From Desulfatibacillum sp. (GTDB lineage Bacteria; Desulfobacterota; Desulfobacteria; Desulfobacterales; SpSt-501), in assembly GCA_020725555.1 (NCBI GenBank), contig DYEU01000032.1, positions 241,656-305,655 on the forward strand: 64,000 nt of DNA. The letters are read 5' to 3'. The position numbers and the translations under genes are program-made. This document shows, piece after piece, positions 9,104 through 16,055 of this stretch; the first letter of the stretch is position 1; every line of letters starts with the position of its first letter. The notes below the pieces were generated by a model. The model had not been told where the DNA came from and did no database searches. It saw only the letters and a program-made list of their open reading frames with translations.

Positions 9104-10818
9104 GAGGCCCCGTCCGATCGCCCGCGCACGCCGACGGCAGCCGCGCCCTGACCGGCGGCCTCGTCGTCCTCGTCGGCTTTCTCACGGTTTGCCCCGTCCT
9201 GCTGCTTTTGCTCGGCAGCCTCTCCGAGGGCCTGGGCGCGTTCGGCCGCCTGACCCTCTCCAAATACCGCGAAGCCTACGGCGATCCGGGCTTCGGCGTC
9301 ATTCTCTACAACACCTTCGTCTTCACCGTGGGTTCGGCAGCCGTGTGCACGGCGCTCGCCCTCTTTCTCGCCTACCTCAACACGCGCACGAACATCCCGG
9401 GCAAGTTTCTCTTCCGCTTCCTCTCGCTCGTGCCCATGATGGTCCCCCACATCCTCTTCTGCGTGAGCTGGGTGCTGCTCCTCAACCCCTCCAACGGGCT
9501 GCTCAACCTGCTGCTCCGGGAGGTGCTGGGGCTTGCCTCCTCCCCCGTCAACATCTACACCCTGCCGGGAATGATCCTTGTCGAGGCCCTGCTCGATCTG
9601 CCCATCGCCTACCTCGTGCTCGCCCCGGCGCTCTCGGCCTTCGACGCGACGCTCGAGGAGTCCTCGCGCGTCTGCGGCGCCTCGACCCGGCGCACCCTGC
9701 TCCGGGTGACCCTTCCCGTTCTGCGGCCCGCGATCCTCTCCGCCTTCATCCTGGTCATCGTGCGCAGCCTCGCTTCCTTCGCCGTGCCCTCGGTGATCGG
9801 CATCCCGGGCCGGATCTACGTCCTCGCCTCCCACATCTACCGCCTGATCGCGACCGGCTTTTCCCCAGACTACGGTCAAGCCGCCGCCGTGGGGACGAGC
9901 GCGCTCGCCGCCTCGATCGTCCTGGTCGTCCTCTACCGCCGCCTGACGGCCTCGGCCGAGCGTTTCGTCACCGTCTCCAGCCGCGGGTTCCGGCCGGCGA
10001 TCCTCGAGCTCCAGGGTGCGAAACTCCCCCTTTCTCTCGCGGTGGGGTTGCTCTCCTTCGTCCTGATCGCGCTGCCGGTGCTCGTGTTGGGCTACGTCTC
10101 GCTTCTGCCCTACTCCATGGTCCCGGGGGCGAAGGCCTTTGCGCTCATGAGCCTCAAGAACTGGCGCCAGGTCCTTGCAGACCCGATCTCGATCCTCGCC
10201 CTGCGCAACAGCCTCCTCCTCGGCGTCGGCGGCGCCGCCATGGGGATGATCCTGTCGTTCTTCGTCTCCTGGGTGATCGTGCGCGTGCGCTCCACCGCCT
10301 CGGGCCTCCTTGAGTCCTTAAGCTTTCTTTCCTTTTCCTTCCCCGGGATCGTGATCGGCGTGGGCTTCCTGTGGTTCTTCGTCTTCACGCCGCTCTACGG
10401 CACGCTCTGGGCGCTGCTCTTCGGCTACATCGCCGCCTACCTGCCCTACGGCATCCGGCCGCTCACGAGCGCGCTCGTCCAGATCCACGGCCACCTCGAA
10501 GAATCCTCGCGCGTCTGCGGTGCGGGACGGCTCACCACCCTGCGCCGCATCGTCCTGCCCCTGCTCGTCCCCGGGGTCGTCTCCGGCTGGATCCTCATGG
10601 CCACGATGTTCGTGCGCGAGCTTTCGCTTTCCGTCGTGCTCTCCCGCCCGGGGACCGAGGTGCTCGCCGTGCAGATTCTGCGCTTTTCCGAGGACGGCCT
10701 GTGGGGCCGGCTTGCGGCCCTGGGGATCGTCATGATCCTCATCTCGACCTCGCTGGTCGTGATCGCGGGGCTCGTCGGCCGGCAGCGCATGCGGGCCTAC
10801 GGCCTCGAGGGAGCCTGA
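9100..10818 (+). CDS. ABC transporter permease, duplicated (two BPD transmembrane domains, FbpB/ThiP-like)
   Basis: 572 aa. Two EESSRVCGA... EAA-loop motifs (LEESSRVCGASTRRTLLRVTLPV and LEESSRVCGAGRLTTLRRIVLPL). 4-nt overlap with the ATPase gene. Confidence 0.9.
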   Translation: MRGPVRSPAHADGSRALTGGLVVLVGFLTVCPVLLLLLGSLSEGLGAFGRLTLSKYREAYGDPGFGVILYNTFVFTVGSAAVCTALALFLAYLNTRTNIPGKFLFRFLSLVPMMVPHILFCVSWVLLLNPSNGLLNLLLREVLGLASSPVNIYTLPGMILVEALLDLPIAYLVLAPALSAFDATLEESSRVCGASTRRTLLRVTLPVLRPAILSAFILVIVRSLASFAVPSVIGIPGRIYVLASHIYRLIATGFSPDYGQAAAVGTSALAASIVLVVLYRRLTASAERFVTVSSRGFRPAILELQGAKLPLSLAVGLLSFVLIALPVLVLGYVSLLPYSMVPGAKAFALMSLKNWRQVLADPISILALRNSLLLGVGGAAMGMILSFFVSWVIVRVRSTASGLLESLSFLSFSFPGIVIGVGFLWFFVFTPLYGTLWALLFGYIAAYLPYGIRPLTSALVQIHGHLEESSRVCGAGRLTTLRRIVLPLLVPGVVSGWILMATMFVRELSLSVVLSRPGTEVLAVQILRFSEDGLWGRLAALGIVMILISTSLVVIAGLVGRQRMRAYGLEGA

Positions 10819-10834
10819 GCTTCCCGGGGGGAGG

Positions 10835-13279
10835 TCAGCGCCGCGGCGGTGGAAGCGGCAGGTAGTGGGTGGCGGGGCCCTTGCCCGCCTTGCGGAGCAG
10901 GCCCCGGGCGACCAGATCCTGCAGGTCGTAAATCGCCGTGCGCACGGGAAGACCCCCGCCGACGAGTTCCTGGTAGCGGCTGCGCGTGATGCGCCCCTCG
11001 GCCAGGATGGCCGGCCAGGCGCGGAGCTGGCGCGGGTTGAGCCCTTCCGGCGCGGAGGCGGGGGGGGCGGAACGATGGGCTTCCGGCGCGGGTTCGCCGG
11101 CCTCCTCCTCCCCGCCCTCGCTCGGGAGCTGAAGGTCCTCGGCCTGAATGAGCGGCCCTTCCGCCATCACCGCCGCGCGCATCAGGCAGTTCTGCAGCTC
11201 GCGGACGTTTCCCGGCCAGTCGTGGCGGAGCAGCTTGGCGAGCGCCCCCCGGCTCAGGCCGAGGCCCGCGCGCCCGGTGCGCCGCTCCTCGCGATCGAGA
11301 AAATGCCGGACCAGGAGTGGGATGTTTTCTCTCTGCTCCCGCAGGGGAACGGTGTGCAGGGTGATCACCTTCAGCCGGAAATAGAGGTCTTCGCGGAACT
11401 CCCCCCGGCGGATGAGCTCCTCAAGATCGGCGTTGCTCGCCGCGATCAAGCGCACGTTCACCGCGATCTCGCGGTCGCTTCCGAGCGGCTTGATCTTGCG
11501 CTCCGCGAGGGCGCGCAGCAGCGCCTGCTGCACGCGCGGCGAGGCGACCTGGACCTCGTCCAGAAAGAGGGTCCCGCCGTCGGCCTCGAGGAAGGCCCCT
11601 TTGCGGTCGGTCTTGGCCTCGGTGAAGGCCCCGCGCACGTGCCCGAAGAGGGTGTCGAGGAGGAGATTCTCATCCAGCGCCCCGCAGTTGATCGAGACGA
11701 AGGACGCGGCGGCGCGGGCGCTCAGGAGATGGATCGCTTCCGCCGCCAGCTGTTTCCCCGACCCGGTCTCGCCCACGATGAGCACGTCGTAGTCGACCTG
11801 GGAGGCCTTCACGATTTCGGCCTTGAGTCGTTCCACACGCTCCCCGCGGCCCACGATCGCTGCCACCGGATCGGTGGCGGCACCCGTGGGGAGGTGCTCC
11901 AGCGGGGCCTCCTTTTTTAAGCCGGCGTCGCGAAGGGCGCGGTCTTTGCGCTGGAGTTCCTCGAGGTGCCTTTGCAGGTCCGCGACCAGCCGGTTGATCG
12001 CCTCCTGCAGGGTCACGATTTCCTTGCCGCGGTAGGGAAGCCGGATGGGCCGCAGGCCCTCGTGAAGCGCCTTGACGGCCTCGGCCAGGCGCAGGATCGG
12101 CCGGGTGAGGATGCGGCCGATCAGGTAGATCAGCACCCCCACGAGGAGGGCGGAAACGGCCGTAATCGTGAGCATGAGGTCGATATGCCGGTATCCCGCG
12201 GCCGCGGAAAGGCGGCTCACGTCCCGGAAGGCTAGGCCGCCGATCGGCTGCGGCGCCAGAGCCTGGCTGCTGCGGAAGCGAACCGGCGCATAGGCGAGAA
12301 AATGGCTCCCGCCGATGGCGCCGGAAGGCGGCGGCGGAAGACCGATGACCCCGTGCTTGCCCCGCAGCACGTCTTCCACCATGGTCCAGTAGGTCGCGAC
12401 CGTGGAATCCGGGCGGAAGGCGAAGGGTTGGCCCTTTCTGCCGAGGGTGCCGCTGAAGCCGGCGCGGACCTGATGGGTGGTGAGTTCGGCCGGGGGCTTT
12501 TCCGGCGGCTCCGAATCGAAGAGAACCCACCCCTCGGCGTCGAAATAATAGAAAAAGCGGGCTTCCCGCGTCCGTGGGAAGCCTCTGGCCGGTGAATCCA
12601 ACTCATTGTGCCGCGCGAGCAGGTCCCTCAGGCGGCGCGCGTCTAGCAGGAGAAGAAGGTAGCCCCGATCGTCATCCGGGCTTCTCTGCGCCGGGGTCGC
12701 CATCCAAAAAACCTGGCGCGTGAGGCGCTGGTTGCGGTTTTCGGGCTCGGGAAACGGAAACTCCATTTCGGAGAGCGATGAAAAGGAGACTTGCCCCGGC
12801 TCCAGATTTTTGAGGCTCTCAAAGAACGAAAGCAGGCTTGGCTTAATGGCTTCGGCTTCCGCCGGCAGGATCATCTTTTCTTTGGCCAGATACACCAGAT
12901 GACCCGGCGTTTTGCGCGATAGATAGGCAATCCCGCAAAGATCGTCGCCGCCTCGTTCCACCGCTTTTTCCAAATAAAGCCGCAACCCTTCCGCCTGAAG
13001 AGGTTTAGCTGCGAAATCAAAGAGATCTTCGCGATACCGGTCGAGCAGGTGCTCCAGTTCGTTGCGCAACAAGAGGGTTTCCAGGATCGCCGAGCGCTCC
13101 AGCGCCTGGTTGATGAACTGCCTGGAAATCAAGTAGGTAAAATAGCCGGTGACAACCATGAGCAGGATCACCGGCGGGATGAGACCGAGCAGCAAGCGGG
13201 TCTTCAAGCTGCTCGTCAGGATTGCGTTGCGCAGCCTTTCAAAGCTCGAATCAGGGGTTTCGCCTTTGAGCCAGCGCAT
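10835..13279 (-). CDS. Membrane-anchored sigma-54-dependent transcriptional activator (TM, about 330-aa sensor region, TM, HAMP-like, AAA+, C-terminal DNA-binding region)
   Basis: Walker A GETGSGKQ, Walker B TLFLDEV, ESELFGHVRGAFTEA loop (GAFTGA variant), RVIAASN-like LIAASNADL, ELQNCL. No receiver domain. Confidence 0.9.
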   Translation of the reverse strand: MRWLKGETPDSSFERLRNAILTSSLKTRLLLGLIPPVILLMVVTGYFTYLISRQFINQALERSAILETLLLRNELEHLLDRYREDLFDFAAKPLQAEGLRLYLEKAVERGGDDLCGIAYLSRKTPGHLVYLAKEKMILPAEAEAIKPSLLSFFESLKNLEPGQVSFSSLSEMEFPFPEPENRNQRLTRQVFWMATPAQRSPDDDRGYLLLLLDARRLRDLLARHNELDSPARGFPRTREARFFYYFDAEGWVLFDSEPPEKPPAELTTHQVRAGFSGTLGRKGQPFAFRPDSTVATYWTMVEDVLRGKHGVIGLPPPPSGAIGGSHFLAYAPVRFRSSQALAPQPIGGLAFRDVSRLSAAAGYRHIDLMLTITAVSALLVGVLIYLIGRILTRPILRLAEAVKALHEGLRPIRLPYRGKEIVTLQEAINRLVADLQRHLEELQRKDRALRDAGLKKEAPLEHLPTGAATDPVAAIVGRGERVERLKAEIVKASQVDYDVLIVGETGSGKQLAAEAIHLLSARAAASFVSINCGALDENLLLDTLFGHVRGAFTEAKTDRKGAFLEADGGTLFLDEVQVASPRVQQALLRALAERKIKPLGSDREIAVNVRLIAASNADLEELIRRGEFREDLYFRLKVITLHTVPLREQRENIPLLVRHFLDREERRTGRAGLGLSRGALAKLLRHDWPGNVRELQNCLMRAAVMAEGPLIQAEDLQLPSEGGEEEAGEPAPEAHRSAPPASAPEGLNPRQLRAWPAILAEGRITRSRYQELVGGGLPVRTAIYDLQDLVARGLLRKAGKGPATHYLPLPPPRR

Positions 13280-13328
13280 GGCAAAACATGCCCCCGAACA
13301 GGCAAAAAGGACAGCTTTTACGGCAAGG
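13280..13328. promoter_or_regulatory. Three GGCAA(A/G)(A/G) direct repeats at exact 21-bp spacing; candidate upstream activator sites
   Basis: GGCAAAA at 13280, GGCAAAA at 13301 and GGCAAGG at 13322. They lie 77-119 bp upstream of the -24 element, in the divergent region between the activator gene and its putative target. Confidence 0.35.
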
Positions 13329-13397
13329 AGGTTTCATCATCCTGCATAACACAAAAAAAAGCAAGTGAAATCAATTTTTACACGATTGCCAGATCCT

Positions 13398-13413
13398 GGG
13401 CACGGGCTTTGCT
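13398..13413 (+). promoter_or_regulatory. Sigma-54 (-24/-12) promoter
   Basis: GGGCACGGGCTTTGCT versus consensus TGGCACG-N4-TTGCW. GG at 13399-13400 and GC at 13411-12 have the canonical 12-nt offset; 15 of 16 informative positions match. The ATG at 13480 is about 56 nt downstream of the predicted TSS. Confidence 0.75.
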
Positions 13414-13479
13414 TGGCATAGAACGACGATTTTTGGGTTGCAAAACCCCATCTGCCTGACCTGAAAGGAGGAATAAGGC

Positions 13480-13770
13480 ATGCAGCTCATGAAGCGGATC
13501 TGGATCGCCTGCGCCGTGTTCAACCTATCCACCCAGGCCGCGCTCGCCGCCGGCGGTGGAGGGGAGCCAATCGTGATTGTCGCCGATTCGCGCAAGCTCA
13601 CCGGCATCATGGCCTGGTGGGCCAACCTCTACAACGAAAGCCACGTTTACTTTACCCTCCTGACCATCATCATCATTCCCGTGATCGGTGTCATTTTCGG
13701 GCTGCTGGCCGACCTGGCGATGCACTTCGTGGGCATCGATCTCTCCTCGCGCGACCTGGCCGAGCACTGA
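13480..13770 (+). CDS. Small exported protein with C-terminal TM anchor (unknown function)
   Basis: Signal peptide MKRIWIACAVFNLSTQAALAAG, Gly4 linker, C-terminal helix LLTIIIIPVIGVIFGLLADLAM. GGAGG RBS. From memory it resembles the small proteins beside TauE/DUF4881 genes in Desulfovibrio sigma-54 regulons (unverified). Confidence 0.65.
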   Translation: MQLMKRIWIACAVFNLSTQAALAAGGGGEPIVIVADSRKLTGIMAWWANLYNESHVYFTLLTIIIIPVIGVIFGLLADLAMHFVGIDLSSRDLAEH

Positions 13771-13776
13771 AGAAAA

Positions 13777-13807
13777 CCGCGCCCCCGGAAACCGCCCTGG
13801 GGCGCGG
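13777..13807 (+). other. Intercistronic stem-loop (9-bp GC stem)
   Basis: CCGCGCCCC (13777-13785) pairs with GGGGCGCGG (13799-13807). 13-nt loop, no U-tract. Lies between the small gene and the TauE gene. Confidence 0.45.
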
Positions 13808-13821
13808 CGAACGAAAGGAGA

Positions 13822-14886
13822 TTGCCCATGGACTGGTTGTACATTCTCATGCCCATCGCGGGCGTTAAGATCTTCTGGCCCGGGCTCATCATTTTGGGCG
13901 TCGGTGTGGGGGTGATCGGCGGCTTCTTCGGCATGGGCGGGGCCTGGATGGTGACCCCCGGCCTGAACATCCTGGGGTTTCCGATGGCCTTCGCCATCGG
14001 GACCGACATCGCCCACATGGCGGGCAAATCGCTCATCTCCACCTTGCGCCACGGCAAATTCGGCAACGTGGACTACAAGCTGGGGTTCATCATGCTGGTG
14101 GGAACCGTGGTGGGCTTTGAGGTGGGGGCGCAGATGATCATGTGGCTCGAGCGCATCGGCATCGTCGGCCCGGTGGTGCGCTGGATGTACCTCATGCTGC
14201 TCGCCCTGATCGCCTGGATGGTCTTCGCCGACGTCGCCAAGCGGCGCCGCAAGGAACGGGAAGCCCTCGCGGCCGGGAAAGAGGTGGACAAGCTCGCCAC
14301 CGGCCTCGAGTGGCACAAGACCCTGCACCGGATCAAGATCCCCCCGATGGTGACTTTCAAGCAAGCGGGGATCACCTGCTCGGCCTGGCTGCCGATCCTG
14401 GTCTCCTTCTTCACCGGCTGGCTGGCCGGCATTCTGGGGATCGGCGGCGGGCTGATCCGCATGCCGGCCCTGATCTACCTCGTCGGCTGCCCCACCCATG
14501 TCGCCGTCGGGACCGATCTCTTCGAGGTCATGATCTCCGGCCTCTACGGCGCGGCCTCCTATACCTACAAGGGCCGTACCGAGCTTGTGGCGGCGATCAT
14601 CATGCTGGTCGGCGCGGCGGTCGGGGCCCAGGTCGGCTCGGTGGCGACCAAGTACATCAAGGGCTACGGCATCCGCATCGTCTTCGGCCTGGCCGTCATC
14701 GGCTGCTTCATCTCCGTTCTGCTCAAGCTGATCCCGACCTACTACCCGCCGCTCTACACGATCTGCGACGTGAGCGCGACCATCCTCATCCTGGGGCTCG
14801 TGGCCGCGATGTCGGCCTACATCACGGTGAAGATGGTCCAGGGGGCTGCGCGGGAAGTGGCCATGAAAAAGGGCAAAACGGCCTGA
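13822..14886 (+). CDS. TauE/SafE-family anion exporter, enlarged (354 aa, charged central loop)
   Basis: Duplicated 4-TM halves with GIGGG / GMGGAW motifs. Central loop ADVAKRRRKEREALAAGKEVDKL... not present in minimal family members. Confidence 0.8.
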   Translation: MPMDWLYILMPIAGVKIFWPGLIILGVGVGVIGGFFGMGGAWMVTPGLNILGFPMAFAIGTDIAHMAGKSLISTLRHGKFGNVDYKLGFIMLVGTVVGFEVGAQMIMWLERIGIVGPVVRWMYLMLLALIAWMVFADVAKRRRKEREALAAGKEVDKLATGLEWHKTLHRIKIPPMVTFKQAGITCSAWLPILVSFFTGWLAGILGIGGGLIRMPALIYLVGCPTHVAVGTDLFEVMISGLYGAASYTYKGRTELVAAIIMLVGAAVGAQVGSVATKYIKGYGIRIVFGLAVIGCFISVLLKLIPTYYPPLYTICDVSATILILGLVAAMSAYITVKMVQGAAREVAMKKGKTA

Positions 14887-14918
14887 CCGCGGGATAGGTC
14901 GTCCGCCAAGGAGGGGAT

Positions 14919-15512
14919 ATGTCGAAGAAACGCATGTGGTTGCCGCTGCTTTTCGTTCTGCCCGTGAGCCTCGTCCTCGGATGTGGCGAGGGGGGGAAGG
15001 TCGATCAGGGCCGGGTGGTCGAATTCGATGCCGCCAAAAGACTCGTCACCATCATACGGGATGTGAAAAACGACTCGCTCAACCCGGATTATTCCTATCT
15101 TCCGCCGCTCACCTACGCCCTGCCCGAAGACCCGGCCGAGACGGGGCCGCTGCCGCTGGCCGGGGGGCGGCTGAAACTCGACGCCGAGAAAAACCAGATC
15201 AAAATCTACAACCCCAAGACCAAAACCTTCCTCTGGATCGACTTCAAGCCGATCGAGAAGAAAACCGGCATCGACCGCGACAACCCCTTGGTGAAGAACC
15301 AAAGGTTCCCGGTCGTCGACAAGGCCAAAAAGACGATCACCCTCTACTCGGCACGCCAGAAAATTCTCGAAACGATCGCGGTGCCGGAAGAGTACCTGGA
15401 ATGGCCCGAGTCGACTTGGACGGCGGGGGACGAGGTGCGGATCTACTACAAGGAAGAGGGCAAGGCGCTGCGCTTCATGAACATCACCCAGACCGACATC
15501 TTCAAGAAGTGA
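14919..15512 (+). CDS. Lipoprotein of unknown function (DUF4881-like from memory)
   Basis: Lipobox LVLGC at the N-terminus (MSKKRMWLPLLFVLPVSLVLGC). Lys/Asp/Glu-rich soluble domain with natural composition. Confidence 0.7.
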   Translation: MSKKRMWLPLLFVLPVSLVLGCGEGGKVDQGRVVEFDAAKRLVTIIRDVKNDSLNPDYSYLPPLTYALPEDPAETGPLPLAGGRLKLDAEKNQIKIYNPKTKTFLWIDFKPIEKKTGIDRDNPLVKNQRFPVVDKAKKTITLYSARQKILETIAVPEEYLEWPESTWTAGDEVRIYYKEEGKALRFMNITQTDIFKK

Positions 15513-15518
15513 CCCAAA

Positions 15519-15559
15519 GCTCCTGCGGCCGGCCCCCATCCCCGGCCGGCCGCAGGAGC
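15519..15559 (+). other. Strong stem-loop (14-bp perfect stem) after the lipoprotein gene
   Basis: GCTCCTGCGGCCGG (15519-15532) pairs with CCGGCCGCAGGAGC (15546-15559). 13-nt loop, no U-run. Followed by GGAGG and the ATG at 15574. Confidence 0.55.
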
Positions 15560-15573
15560 GCCTGGAGGCGCCC

Positions 15574-15783
15574 ATGCATCTGGTTTTCGCTTTCGGGGTG
15601 AACGCCGCGGTCCTGGTCGAGCTCTGCGTGGCGATGGCCTTCGCCGCCGCCTGCCCGCCGGAGCGGTTCACGACCGTGTTTCTCAAGGTCTTTTTCGGGC
15701 TCCTGGCGCCCACGCTCCTGCTCGCCGGACTGGGAAAGCGCCTGCTCCTCCACCGCACCGGGGACCGCCGCGACCCGGCCTGA
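15574..15783 (+). CDS. Hypothetical small membrane protein (69 aa)
   Basis: Two hydrophobic helices. GGAGG RBS 5 nt upstream. No recognisable family. Confidence 0.4.
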   Translation: MHLVFAFGVNAAVLVELCVAMAFAAACPPERFTTVFLKVFFGLLAPTLLLAGLGKRLLLHRTGDRRDPA

Positions 15784-15812
15784 AAACGCCCCCTGCGGGC
15801 CGGAAGGGCGCC

Positions 15813-16055
15813 ATGGACCGCGAAGCCTCCACCCCGATCTACATGGTCAAAAAAACCCCCCAGGGCTTGAGCGTCATCTTCCATGCCGGAAGGCTCCAGG
15901 GCATCCGGCCCGGGGACCGCCTCGCGGTCCTGAACGAGGAAGGCCTCCGCGTGGGCGAAATCGAGATTCGCTCCTGCTCGGAGACCGACGCCGAAGGGGT
16001 CGCCCCGGCCGACAGCGCCGTCCGCATGGGATGCCGGGTCCTTCTGCCGCGCTAA
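15813..16055 (+). CDS. Hypothetical protein (80 aa)
   Basis: Balanced composition (IYMVKKTPQGLSVIFHAGRLQGIRPGDRLAVLNEEGLRVGEIEI). Last gene of the sigma-54 transcription unit. Its stop overlaps the convergent gene by 4 nt. Confidence 0.45.
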   Translation: MDREASTPIYMVKKTPQGLSVIFHAGRLQGIRPGDRLAVLNEEGLRVGEIEIRSCSETDAEGVAPADSAVRMGCRVLLPR

